From IMG/VR virus record IMGVR_UViG_3300037493_005316: a stretch of DNA of 64,000 nucleotides; one strand, given 5' to 3'. Position 1 is the stretch's first letter; each line of letters starts with the position of its first letter. The position numbers were made by a program, and so were the translations under genes. The stretch is from an uncultured virus (IMG/VR IMGVR_UViG_3300037493_005316). Its lineage: Duplodnaviria; Heunggongvirae; Uroviricota; Caudoviricetes. The notes below the pieces were generated by a model, which saw nothing but the letters and a program-made list of their open reading frames with translations, searched no databases and was not told the origin of the DNA. Shown piece after piece: positions 1 through 9,507 of the stretch.

Positions 1-154
1 TAAGCGTCGTCAGGTCCGTCAACGATTCCGTCGCCGTGTCGATGGCGACGTCGTAGTAGAGAGCGAGTCCGAGCGCCGCAGCCGTATAGCCCGTCCCTGA
101 AGCTCCGAGGCCGGGAAGGAGGGTTGACGCGAATCGGTAGGTGTGGACGGCCAT
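1..154 (-). CDS. 5' part of virion structural/tail-associated protein (runs off the window)
   Basis: ATG at 154-152 directly after the stop of 155..862; MAVHTYRFAS...YYDVAIDTATESLTDLTT resembles the N-termini of the 155..862 and 866..4693 proteins. Confidence 0.7.
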   Translation of the reverse strand, partial: MAVHTYRFASTLLPGLGASGTGYTAAALGLALYYDVAIDTATESLTDLTTL

Positions 155-862
155 TTAGGTCTGAATCTCTTGGAGGATCAGCGACACGCCGCCCGTGGTG
201 CCGCTGGCCGCCGGAATGGATGCCGTACCTGAAGTTACCGCGATAACGCTGATGTAGAAATAACAGAGCGTACCCGCGGAAACCACGCCTGGGTCCCACT
301 CGATCGGTGCCGTCCAAGCTCCGTTCGTTGTCGCCGACGTCTGAAGCGTTCCAGACTGGAAGGAGGACGCTGTAAATGCTGTACCCGCCGTGTTGACCGT
401 CGTATAGCTGAGGCGAGCCCGAATCGCACGCGCGGTCGTTCCAGCCACGCTGTTTGTGCCTGCGATGGCGAGCCGCGCGTACAGCCTCGACTGCGATCCA
501 AGGATCTTCGTAATCGCAACGCCACTTGCGCTCGCGTTGTACACGTCGGTTCCATTGTTGGCCGTGCCGAACGTCCGCACGGCGGACGTGAAGGCGGAAC
601 CGCGACCCGTGTACGAGACGGTCTGGATGAGCTTCGAGTTGACCCGGAAGGCCGCCAGCGTGTCCGTGGGGGCCGCAGGGTCGGTCGCGTTCAGCACGTA
701 GCCCTGCTGGGCCATCGCGTTCGTCAGATCGGTCAACTGCGTGTCGTCAGCAGAAATGTCGGTATAGACCGCGAGCGGGATGTTCGTCGGCGTGAACGCC
801 CCGCCGAGCCCGCTCGGCATCGGCACGTCCTGCACGTTGAACCGGTAGACGTGCGTTGCCAT
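155..862 (-). CDS. putative virion structural/tail-fibre-associated protein (235 aa)
   Basis: Thr/Ala/Gly/Ser-rich, beta-like; shares N-terminal motif (YRF...DI..DD..L.DL...MA..GY) with neighbours; tightly coupled operon. Confidence 0.65.
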   Translation of the reverse strand: MATHVYRFNVQDVPMPSGLGGAFTPTNIPLAVYTDISADDTQLTDLTNAMAQQGYVLNATDPAAPTDTLAAFRVNSKLIQTVSYTGRGSAFTSAVRTFGTANNGTDVYNASASGVAITKILGSQSRLYARLAIAGTNSVAGTTARAIRARLSYTTVNTAGTAFTASSFQSGTLQTSATTNGAWTAPIEWDPGVVSAGTLCYFYISVIAVTSGTASIPAASGTTGGVSLILQEIQT

Positions 863-865
863 GGG

Positions 866-3800
866 CTACACCGGGCTCAGTTCAAAGCTGGCCGTGACGT
901 TTGCCGGGCTCGTCGTAGTCCCGGCGGACTTCGTGACGCGCAGGCTGATCTGATCCCCTGCCGCGACCGAGAAGCTGTGCGTCACGTCCTGCACAAACGT
1001 CGCGGACGTATTGGAGATTCCCAGCGTGAGCGTCGTGGCGACCCCGTTCTTCATCACCGTGTACGTGATCGTCGCGGCTCCCGTGCCCGCCGCGACGTGG
1101 ACCACCGTGAGGTTCCGAATCACCCCCGTCGCCGGTACGATGAGCGGCGTGGCGGCTGTGTTCGCTGTCGCGCGCTCGAATCCCGGCGTCAGGTAGCGCG
1201 TCGTGGTCGACGTACCGATACCTGTGTTGCCCCAGGTGAGGACCGCCGGGTTCGCCCCGGCCACCACTCCGTCGAGCTTCGTCTTGTCAGCGGCCGACAT
1301 GAACCCGTCAACGCTCGTCGTTACAAGGGCGTGCTGTCCCCCGCCCCCGCGTGAACCATGAACCGTGTCGCTCGAAAGTGAGCCTCCGCTGATGATGTTC
1401 GCGCCAGCGTACATCAAGTTGCCCGCGACAAGGTTCAGGCTATCGCCCGACGCAAGGTCGAGGCGGTCGGCTGCGCCCCGAGAGAGACTCACTTCGGTTC
1501 CACCGATGGTCCCGATCGTCAATGCGCCGGACACGATGTTGAACGTGTCACCGGTCGCGAGCGCAAGCACGTCCGCCGCGCCCCGTGACAGAGAAACGTC
1601 CACAGGGGTCGCCCCGCCCGCGCCGAAATGCAGAGCGGCGCTCTGGAGCAGGGTCGTCGCGTCCGAGTCGCTCGCCGCCCCATAAACGCGGTAGCCGTTG
1701 CTCGCGTAGTACACCACCATCCGAAGCGCCGAGCTTCCGATCTGCTGCGTAGCATCGGCCGACGGGAGCAAGTCAGCCGCGAGCTTGCCCGCCGTGAACA
1801 AGGCCGTTCCTGCGAACGAGAGCGAGCCCGAGACGAGGTTGAACGAATCTCCCGTCGCAAGGTCGAGACGGTCGGCCGCGCCGCGCGAGAGCGACACGTT
1901 CGATGCGCCACCCGAGGGGCCGAACTCCAAGCTCGTTACCCGCGGGGTCGGCGTCCAGCTTGGCGGCCCCGACGTCCCTGGGCTTGAAAGAAGCCCCTCG
2001 GCCGCAGCGACGACCACCCAGGCCGAGCCGTTGTAGTACGTGATGGCGCCCTGCGCCTGCGAGGCCAGAGTGAACGACGTGACCGTCAGGCTCGTCGGGT
2101 AGGTGCCCGTGATGTCGCCACCTGTGGCGCTTTGCCCGTCGTACATGATGTTGACGGTCGCCGGGGTGTTCGACCGATACTGAAGGCGGTTGGCGGTCGT
2201 CGCGAGCGCGATCTCGCCCACTACCGAGAGCGAAGGTACTGCAACGTTGGGAAGGATCAGCGAGCTACCCGCGTTGAACGAAGCCGCCCCCGTGATAGCG
2301 TTGCGGGCCGCGTTGCCCGCGAGCAAGAAGTAGGGGGAGCCGTCGAATGATCCACCGCCACCGCCGCCACCGGCCCCGCCGAGGGTCGGAAGCTCATCCA
2401 CGATCGTCGTGATGAACGTGTCGTTTTTGTAGACGACGATGCCTGCGACGGGCAACGCAGCCTCGCGGAACCAGGGGGGTGGCGACGGAATCGCAGCGGC
2501 CTCTGCGAGTGCCTGCGTGTTGTGTGCGGTCTGTCCGTAAACAACGTGAATCTGCGTCACGCCGTCATGCGTGCAGGCCCATACGCCGTCTTTTTTCCAC
2601 TTGTCGGTGGCTCCAAGAGGCGTGAGGCCCGCGTTCCCGACGTCGGTCGGATCGTTGTATTGTGTGGCGTCGATCACCGTCTGGACGACGCTCGGGCCGA
2701 TCGTGATCCACGTCCCGGCCGGGTACTCGTACCAGTAGTAGTACGACGCAGGCGTCTGTGCCGTCGTCGCAAGCTCGGTCAGGCCGACGTAGTAGGCTCC
2801 ACCCGCCACGTCGATCGCCAGCGTAGAGCCCACGGCCGTCGTCGCGAGCCCTGACACCCAGACAGGGCCCGCAGCAAACTGAATCCACTCGTTCGTCTGC
2901 TGCGCCGTACGAGCGATACTGTAGTATTTCGACGCAAGGTACAGGACGTCCGTCGCGTTGGAGTACCCGACCGCGAGGTGGACTGTGTTGTCGAAGCTCG
3001 GCAGCGAGGTCGCGGTCTGGATCGCACTGTTCGTATCCGCGTAAATGTACGCCGTGTCCGAAGCCGTGAGCGTCACAACGGTCGCAGGCCAATCCACGGA
3101 AATGACTCCCGTGGTCGTTTTGATCTGACCCGTGCCCGCAGACACCAGGATGTTTCGGCCGTTCGTGCGGACGAGGCCACCCGTCGAGAGGACGCCCGTA
3201 CCGCCTGAGCAACCTGTGAACGATGTGCCCGTCGTGCCCGTGTACGTGACCGTTTGCGGGCCGCCCGCGGAGGTGACGTAGATCGTCCCGCTCGGCGTCG
3301 GGAAACCCGTCGTAGAGGCCACGTTGATCGTGCCCTGGGGCAGCGACAAGCCGTTCATCGAGACAGCGAGCGTCGTCGCATGGGTGTCGTAGGTAGTCGC
3401 GCCGCCCGTAAGCCAGCCGGTCGAGGCGTTGAGGTACACCGCACTTCGGACGGGGATCGCCGCCGAGCCTGACCCCGACCAAAGCTCGCCCTGGACCCAA
3501 AATCCCGTATCGGACGCGAAGGCCGCGACGTAGGGAACCGTCGAGGGGACGGAGATCAGCGTTTCGTCGGCATAGCCTGTGTAGTCCAAAGAGGTCGTCG
3601 CGGACGTGCTGTCGCAGAGAATCTGATACCCCGAAACCGCACCCTCCGTCATAATGCAGTTGATCGCATGAACACCCGTCACCGTACCCGTGGCACCGAT
3701 GTGGATGGCGTTGACGCAGGACGAGAACACGAACCCGTTGAGCCGCACATTCGCGTCGTTGTCCACGAAAACCGCGTTCGTCGCACCCGTGTTGCGGAAC

Positions 3801-4693
3801 GAGCACTGGTCGAGCGTCATCTCCGCGTTGGCGCCCGCGCAGTAGTAGCCCGTCGTCACCGAGGCTGAGCCACCGCTCATGTACGAGCAGTTGATCGCCG
3901 TGATGTTGCCGTAGCCCTCCGACCGCATGAAGTTTTCGTTCGCGACAGCGCCCTTCCAGTTGCCAACGAAGAAGGCGTGGACGATGCCACGGGAGCCCGC
4001 CGGATGACACCAGATGCCGAAATAGCCGTCGCGGATCACGACGAAGTCGATCTGCATCGGGCCGTTGCCCGTGAACGTACAGTTGATCGCTGCGTAGTTT
4101 GTTCCAGTCGGTCCCGTGAGGGCGCACTCGGACAACATCGAGTTCGCAGCGCCCGTGATGAAGTGCGCGGCGTTGTCGTTCGTTACAAGCTGAGTTACCT
4201 GAATCCCGCTTCCGATGATCGCCACGTAGGGGATCATCGCGAACGGAGTCTCCGTGTAAACGCCTGGACCGACCTCGATCATGTACGGCTTGCTGATCGA
4301 CGCGTCCCCGAGGCCCGCGATGTAGGAGATCGCCGCGCCTACCGTGTTGTAGTCAACGCCCCCGCTCTTGCCGACCGTCACGACCTGCGCGATGGCCGTC
4401 CAGGCGGGCGCAAGGTAGCCCGAACCGTCCGCGCGAGGGATCGTGTCCGCGGTGGCCGTCGTGGTCGAAATCGCCGCGACCAGGGCTTCGTTCGGCGTGT
4501 TCGTCGGCGTCGTTGAGACGTAGGCGTAGCCCGCGACCGCCATCGTGGACTTCAGGTCGTCAATGTAGAGGTCATCCACCGTGATGTCGGTGACGAACGT
4601 CTCGACCGCGGACGAGACGGGGATGCCCGGCACCTGCTGCTGCAGGCTTGGCGGGAGGCCGGTCGAGCTAAAGCGTAGGATGCTGGTAGCCAT
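866..4693 (-). CDS. putative tail fibre/tailspike protein with beta-helix-like region (1275 aa)
   Basis: VTVGKSGGVDYNTVGAAI...IEVGPGVYTE is a typical pectin-lyase-like beta-helix start; repeated SLSRGAAD(R/V)L(D/A)LA(T/S)GD; GFMSAADKTKLDG motif common in phage tail fibres. Confidence 0.7.
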   Translation of the reverse strand: MATSILRFSSTGLPPSLQQQVPGIPVSSAVETFVTDITVDDLYIDDLKSTMAVAGYAYVSTTPTNTPNEALVAAISTTTATADTIPRADGSGYLAPAWTAIAQVVTVGKSGGVDYNTVGAAISYIAGLGDASISKPYMIEVGPGVYTETPFAMIPYVAIIGSGIQVTQLVTNDNAAHFITGAANSMLSECALTGPTGTNYAAINCTFTGNGPMQIDFVVIRDGYFGIWCHPAGSRGIVHAFFVGNWKGAVANENFMRSEGYGNITAINCSYMSGGSASVTTGYYCAGANAEMTLDQCSFRNTGATNAVFVDNDANVRLNGFVFSSCVNAIHIGATGTVTGVHAINCIMTEGAVSGYQILCDSTSATTSLDYTGYADETLISVPSTVPYVAAFASDTGFWVQGELWSGSGSAAIPVRSAVYLNASTGWLTGGATTYDTHATTLAVSMNGLSLPQGTINVASTTGFPTPSGTIYVTSAGGPQTVTYTGTTGTSFTGCSGGTGVLSTGGLVRTNGRNILVSAGTGQIKTTTGVISVDWPATVVTLTASDTAYIYADTNSAIQTATSLPSFDNTVHLAVGYSNATDVLYLASKYYSIARTAQQTNEWIQFAAGPVWVSGLATTAVGSTLAIDVAGGAYYVGLTELATTAQTPASYYYWYEYPAGTWITIGPSVVQTVIDATQYNDPTDVGNAGLTPLGATDKWKKDGVWACTHDGVTQIHVVYGQTAHNTQALAEAAAIPSPPPWFREAALPVAGIVVYKNDTFITTIVDELPTLGGAGGGGGGGSFDGSPYFLLAGNAARNAITGAASFNAGSSLILPNVAVPSLSVVGEIALATTANRLQYRSNTPATVNIMYDGQSATGGDITGTYPTSLTVTSFTLASQAQGAITYYNGSAWVVVAAAEGLLSSPGTSGPPSWTPTPRVTSLEFGPSGGASNVSLSRGAADRLDLATGDSFNLVSGSLSFAGTALFTAGKLAADLLPSADATQQIGSSALRMVVYYASNGYRVYGAASDSDATTLLQSAALHFGAGGATPVDVSLSRGAADVLALATGDTFNIVSGALTIGTIGGTEVSLSRGAADRLDLASGDSLNLVAGNLMYAGANIISGGSLSSDTVHGSRGGGGQHALVTTSVDGFMSAADKTKLDGVVAGANPAVLTWGNTGIGTSTTTRYLTPGFERATANTAATPLIVPATGVIRNLTVVHVAAGTGAATITYTVMKNGVATTLTLGISNTSATFVQDVTHSFSVAAGDQISLRVTKSAGTTTSPANVTASFELSPV

Positions 4694-6081
4694 TAGGGGG
4701 AAACCTCAATCGTGGCAAGGACGTCGATCGGGCTTGTGATGCTGCCTGCAGACTTCGTGATTCGGATGTCGATCAGATCGCCCGCCGCCACCGCGACCAC
4801 GTTGGACAAGTCCGAACCATCGCTGGCCGTGTTGGCGTACGTGCAGGTGAGCGCCGACCCCGTTCCGTTGATCCGTACCGTGTACGTGATGTTCGAGGCC
4901 GTGACGCCCACCGTGTTGCTGTAGACACGCAAGTTCCGAATGAAGCCCGCATACGGCATCCGAAACTGATGCACCGCCGTAGGGGCCTGGGACGGCGCGT
5001 AGCCAGGGGTAAGAAACCGCGCCGTGGTCGTGGTTCCGATCGTTTCGTTGCCCCAGACCAGGACCGACTTGGAGGCCGCCGTCCAACCCGCGCCGTCATA
5101 CCGGAACTCCGTGTTGTACGTCGTGTTCCAATACCGGTCGCCGCTCTGAAATCCACCTGCGCGAGCGGTGGGATCGGAAGCAGACTTTCCGTAGTCAGTG
5201 ATGATCCCCGTGTTCAGGCTGTTGATCTGGAACCCTTCTGTCCCGGCCTGGATCAACGTCGTGGACGCCGCGACGGTCGAGCCAACCGTCACTGTCTTCG
5301 CAGCCGTACCACCCGTGCCGAAGTTCAACGCCTGGGCGCCCGTACCCGTGCCGATGCTGATCGTCCCCGTCTGGGCCCCTGTGCCGCCGATCGTGATCGT
5401 CCCCGTCGTCATCGCCGCGCCGAGTGCTACGGACCCTCCCGCCTGCGTGTTCCCGATCGTGATGACGTTGTCGCCCGTTCCGCCGATGGCAATCGTCTGA
5501 ACGACCGCCGCGCCCGTGCCGAGGTTGATCGACCGCGCGAACGCGTTCGCCCCGATGTCGATGTTCCCCGTACCGGCGTTCAGAACGAGCGAGGTGGCCC
5601 CCGTTCCGTTCCCCATCGTAATCGTGCGGGCCGCGCCGCCCGTTCCGATGTTGATCCCGAACGCGTCCGCGTTGGCTCCAATGCTGATCGCCGCGCCAGT
5701 CGAGTCGAGAGTAATAACACCCGTCGCGTCCAGGTTGAACGACGACAGCGCGGTGCTTCCTCCGAAGTCGACCGCGGAGGCCCCGTTGACCGTGAAGCCG
5801 CCGCTCGTAAGCGTGAGCGCGACCGGCGTGCTCGCCGCCGTCGTGATGCCCGCGCCGCCATTGTACGCCGTCTGGAGCGTCACGAGCGTCGAAAGCGAAC
5901 CGAGCGTCACGAAGTCGTCCGCACCTACGGGCGAGTCGCCACGGACCACGACGAAACCCGTGTCCGTGGCATCTCGTGCCTCAAAGGCGCCACTGTTGTC
6001 CTTCCACTGGCCCGTCCCCACCTGAAATAGAGTGGAGAAGGTTCCCCTTAGCCGTGGAAGGATTTGATCAGTGTCGGGCAT
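4693..6081 (-). CDS. putative tail fibre/virion protein with Gly-Thr repeats (462 aa)
   Basis: TLQTAYNGG and repeated IxIGTG units; C-terminal domain homologous to that of 866..4693. Confidence 0.65.
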   Translation of the reverse strand: MPDTDQILPRLRGTFSTLFQVGTGQWKDNSGAFEARDATDTGFVVVRGDSPVGADDFVTLGSLSTLVTLQTAYNGGAGITTAASTPVALTLTSGGFTVNGASAVDFGGSTALSSFNLDATGVITLDSTGAAISIGANADAFGINIGTGGAARTITMGNGTGATSLVLNAGTGNIDIGANAFARSINLGTGAAVVQTIAIGGTGDNVITIGNTQAGGSVALGAAMTTGTITIGGTGAQTGTISIGTGTGAQALNFGTGGTAAKTVTVGSTVAASTTLIQAGTEGFQINSLNTGIITDYGKSASDPTARAGGFQSGDRYWNTTYNTEFRYDGAGWTAASKSVLVWGNETIGTTTTARFLTPGYAPSQAPTAVHQFRMPYAGFIRNLRVYSNTVGVTASNITYTVRINGTGSALTCTYANTASDGSDLSNVVAVAAGDLIDIRITKSAGSITSPIDVLATIEVSP

Positions 6082-6097
6082 CGGGGACTCCCCTCAC

Positions 6098-6355
6098 TCA
6101 CGGGCGAAGGATCTTCCCGGTGTTCGGGTCGATCTGGTCGTTGTCTCGCAGGACGTACATGGTCTTGATCCGAGTCTTTTCAACATCCCACCGCATCGTC
6201 GCCACTTCGAGCGCAAGCTGAGCGTTCTGAACCTGAAGCTGCGCGTTGCGGAACCGTTCGGCCGCGACGGCAAACTCCAAGCGGTCTGTTGACGACAGTT
6301 CGGTGCTGTTCTCCGGTGAGTTCACGGGCGCGGGTTGCGGTTGCGGCTTTGCCAT
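6098..6355 (-). CDS. small hypothetical coiled-coil protein (85 aa), possible fibre chaperone
   Basis: AGGAG upstream of ATG; fills gap in the structural operon; chaperone role is positional inference. Confidence 0.55.
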   Translation of the reverse strand: MAKPQPQPAPVNSPENSTELSSTDRLEFAVAAERFRNAQLQVQNAQLALEVATMRWDVEKTRIKTMYVLRDNDQIDPNTGKILRP

Positions 6356-6434
6356 GTTTGTGCTCCTGACCGAGGGTAACGCCTTGTAACAGGCATCGAC
6401 CCCGTATCCCTACGGACAAAAAGAAGCGAGAACC

Positions 6435-6464
6435 CGAAGGCCGAAACCGTCGTTTCGGCCTTCG
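6435..6464 (-). terminator. 13-bp perfect hairpin, probable terminator/stabilising stem after 6472..8817
   Basis: CGAAGGCCGAAAC-CGTC-GTTTCGGCCTTCG, followed on the minus strand by a pyrimidine/T tract (~6417-6432). Confidence 0.55.
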
Positions 6465-6471
6465 AGGTGAA

Positions 6472-8817
6472 CTACGCGTTCGGAGGCGCTGCGTAGTAGA
6501 CGCGAACGCGGCCTGCACCGGCACCCGGACCCGCATCGAAGGTCGCCGCGACCAGAGCAGACGAGCCCCAAGCGCTGACGCCCGCCAGAGGCACCTCGTA
6601 GATACCCAGCGTCGTGATGTCGATGTCCGTCGTCGACATGCACTTGTTCAGCGTTCCAGCGTTGCCGACCTGAAGAGTCGTCGCCGTCGTGAAGGCCGTG
6701 CTGATCTGCACCAGTGCCCGAGTCGGGATCGCCGTCGCCGGAAGAGGCGAGGCGCTCGTCTGCGTCGCACCACCTGCGCCGATCGTGAACTCGGTGATGA
6801 GTTCTGCACCTGCCGTAGCCGAGCCAGAGGCCACCGGTACGAAGGCGATCGGCGTCTGCGAGCCCTGGCCCATCTGCCACGCACCCGCAGCCGACGTCTC
6901 CATGATGCTGACGGTCACGTTGACGATCGTGCCCGCCACAACGGTGCTGGTCACGAACTGGTTCTGCGTGAAGTCTTCCACCCGCGCGACGGTACCGATA
7001 CCCTTGATGGTCAGGATGTTGTTCAGGTTGGACGAGACCTCGAACAGGCCATCGTTATCGATGTTGCTCGCGCCCGTGATCTGGATGAACTGGTCGGGTT
7101 CGATCGGGTCAGCCGAGTCGTTGACCGTTCCACCCAAAGACATCAGACCCGTACCGCCAGAGGCGCCCGTGAACGAGGTACCCGTGATGCCCGTGTAGGT
7201 GACCGTCTGGAGACCCGCTGCTGTGCGAACGTAGACCGTACCGGCCGCGACGAACCCCGTCGTGCTGGCGACGTTGATGGTCGCCTGGGGGAGAGACGCA
7301 CCGGCAGATCCTGCTGCGATCGTCGTCCCTGTCTGAAGGACTGCCACCGTGGGGTTCGAGGTCGCCACGACACCCGCCACGAAGCCCGTAGCCACAACCG
7401 TGGTCGCGTTCGCCGTCGGCAGGTAGTTGACGACGAGACCGCCCGTCTGGCCGACCGCCGTCTCGTACCCCGAGTTGAGGTACAGGTGGTTGTCCTTGAT
7501 GAGCACCGTCTCGGAGTCGACCGAGGTCGTCGTGCCCTGGACGACGAGGTCGCCCGTGATCGTGGTGCGGGCCGCGTCGAGGTTGATGTTGCCCGAGCCC
7601 GCCCGGATCGTCGTCGTCGACGTCGTGTTCGTCGTACCGATCATGAGCGTGTTCGCACCAGCACCGTTGCCGATGTTGATCGTCTTGCCACCCGTGCTGG
7701 ACGCGATGCTGATCGTCTGTGCGCCAGTACCGGGAGCGAGGTCGAAGCTGCCCGTGTTGGCACCCGTACCACCGATGCTGATCGTGCCGCCCAGCATGGC
7801 CGCGCCAAGCGAAATCGAACCGAGCGTCTGCGTGTTGCCGATCGCGACCACGTTGGCGCCCGTGCCACCAATGTTGATGCCGTTCGCCATCGCCGCGCCC
7901 GTGCCGATGTTCACCGTCTTGGCGTTGGTGATGCCCGTCGCGAGGTTGACCGTCGTGGCGCCCGTACCGATGCCGATGTCAACGATGTTCGTGCCCGAGG
8001 AGTTGCCCAGGGTGATCGTCCCGGTCTGCGCCGTGCCGCCGATGGTGATCGTGCCCGTCGTCATGGCGTCGCCCGCCGTGATGGAGCCCGCCGCCTGCGT
8101 GTTGCCGATCGTGATGATGTTCGCCGCGGTCCCGCCGATGGCGATCGTCTTGACGCCCGTGCCGCCCGTACCGAGGTTGATGCTCTGCGCGCCCGTACCG
8201 ACGCCGATGTCGATGGTACCCGTCTGCGCGCCCGTGCCGCCGATGCTGATCGTGCCGCCCAGCATGGCCGCGCCAAGCGAAATCGAACCGAGCGTCTGCG
8301 TGTTGCCGATCGCGATGACGTTCGCGCCCGTGCCGCCGAGGTTGATCGCGTTGACCACCGCGGCGCCCGTGCCGAGGTTGATGGTGTGCGTGTGCGCCGT
8401 CGCGGCGAGGTTCAGCGTGCCCGCCGTGCCGAGCACGAGGTCGATGCTGCTCACCGTCGCCGTCGAGCCGATCGCGATGCCCGTGCGGATGCCCGTCGTG
8501 CCAATGTTGATCTGGCCCGTACCCGCCAGCCCCGAGCCACCGATGGTGATCGCGTTGGCTGCGCTCGTGTCGATGTCGATGGCACCCGTGCCGTCAACCG
8601 CGAACGTCGTAGACCAGAACTTCGACGCGCGGTGGTCACCCGTGACGCCCGACGTGACGCCGCCGACGATGAGATCGGTTTTCAGCGGTGTGGGAGACGT
8701 GAAGTCCGTGATGTTGAGGGCGTTTGCGCCCGTGTTCTGCATGTTGACAGAGGAGATTTTGAAATCGCTCTGGAGTGTTCCCCGAAGCCGGGAGAGAATG
8801 CTGTCTGTAGCGGGCAT
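6472..8817 (-). CDS. Gly/Thr-repeat virion fibre protein (781 aa)
   Basis: AGGAGG upstream; long IxIG(G/N/T) repeats; LVVQGTTTSVDSETVLIKDN motif typical of phage fibre proteins; N-terminus similar to 4693..6081. Confidence 0.7.
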   Translation of the reverse strand: MPATDSILSRLRGTLQSDFKISSVNMQNTGANALNITDFTSPTPLKTDLIVGGVTSGVTGDHRASKFWSTTFAVDGTGAIDIDTSAANAITIGGSGLAGTGQINIGTTGIRTGIAIGSTATVSSIDLVLGTAGTLNLAATAHTHTINLGTGAAVVNAINLGGTGANVIAIGNTQTLGSISLGAAMLGGTISIGGTGAQTGTIDIGVGTGAQSINLGTGGTGVKTIAIGGTAANIITIGNTQAAGSITAGDAMTTGTITIGGTAQTGTITLGNSSGTNIVDIGIGTGATTVNLATGITNAKTVNIGTGAAMANGINIGGTGANVVAIGNTQTLGSISLGAAMLGGTISIGGTGANTGSFDLAPGTGAQTISIASSTGGKTINIGNGAGANTLMIGTTNTTSTTTIRAGSGNINLDAARTTITGDLVVQGTTTSVDSETVLIKDNHLYLNSGYETAVGQTGGLVVNYLPTANATTVVATGFVAGVVATSNPTVAVLQTGTTIAAGSAGASLPQATINVASTTGFVAAGTVYVRTAAGLQTVTYTGITGTSFTGASGGTGLMSLGGTVNDSADPIEPDQFIQITGASNIDNDGLFEVSSNLNNILTIKGIGTVARVEDFTQNQFVTSTVVAGTIVNVTVSIMETSAAGAWQMGQGSQTPIAFVPVASGSATAGAELITEFTIGAGGATQTSASPLPATAIPTRALVQISTAFTTATTLQVGNAGTLNKCMSTTDIDITTLGIYEVPLAGVSAWGSSALVAATFDAGPGAGAGRVRVYYAAPPNA
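7772..8315. repeat. 76-bp exact intragenic direct repeat (7772-7847 and 8240-8315)
   Basis: ccgatgctgatcgtgccgcccagcatggcc...gttgccgatcgcga identical at a 468-bp (156-codon) offset. Confidence 0.85.
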
Positions 8818-8843
8818 ATGTGAGTCCTCCTAGAAGAGTGTGT

Positions 8844-9500
8844 CTATCCGACGGTGAAGAGTACGTATCCTGCGCCTACGGCCCCTACAGGGCCTCCGAG
8901 TATGAGCTGCAAATTTTCCGCAACGGTAGCCTGGAAATCAAACTGCGAGTCGTACCTGCCTGTGATCTGTGTGAGCACGTCGGGTACGGCAAGCAGTGCT
9001 GTGGGGCTTGAGGGTGTGCCTACCGTCACCGTAGCTGCCACGAGCCAGGGAGTCGTGATGCGGACGCAGCACGTAGAGACGATTCTCCCTGGGATGAGGG
9101 GGTACAGGGCGACCGTCCCGCTGGCGAACGTGAACGGTACGCGCAAGATCGCGACGTTGCTGCCTCCCCCGCCGCCCTTGAGGATGTCGATAGCTTCTTG
9201 TACGGTGTTCGCACCAATGGGGGGCGCTGTGCGTGTGTCGTCGAAGCCGACGATGTCCGCGCCGGAGAACCCCAACCCTGGTGAGACAGGTCCCGCAGGC
9301 TGTGCGAGATCGTTTGTGCCGACAACCTTGTTAGGGCCAACGCCAACAGGGACATCGGTTATTCCGAGTTGACGGGGTGGTCCGGGCAAAAGGCGCTCCG
9401 GCGAGTGGTGCCTGTTTTGTATAACACAGGACAGGGAGACAAGCGACCCGTCGGGGAGTAGACTCCACACTTCCCGCTCGTTATGTTCTACCGGAGGCAT
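8844..9500 (-). CDS. putative virion structural protein (start uncertain)
   Basis: GANTVQEAIDIL motif and a C-terminal beta-domain resembling the C-terminus of 6472..8817; heads the minus-strand structural operon. Confidence 0.55.
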   Translation of the reverse strand: MPPVEHNEREVWSLLPDGSLVSLSCVIQNRHHSPERLLPGPPRQLGITDVPVGVGPNKVVGTNDLAQPAGPVSPGLGFSGADIVGFDDTRTAPPIGANTVQEAIDILKGGGGGSNVAILRVPFTFASGTVALYPLIPGRIVSTCCVRITTPWLVAATVTVGTPSSPTALLAVPDVLTQITGRYDSQFDFQATVAENLQLILGGPVGAVGAGYVLFTVG

Positions 9501-9507
9501 ACACCAC

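Noticed and set aside
7772..8315. Repeats as diversity-generating retroelement TR/VR
   Set aside because: Copies are identical rather than differing at adenines; no reverse transcriptase in the window
7427..8833. Long plus-strand ORFs antisense to fibre genes (also 4969..6030, 56936..58036, 57916..59163, 59154..60242)
   Set aside because: Shadow ORFs expected from high-GC3 coding on the opposite strand; no recognisable motifs
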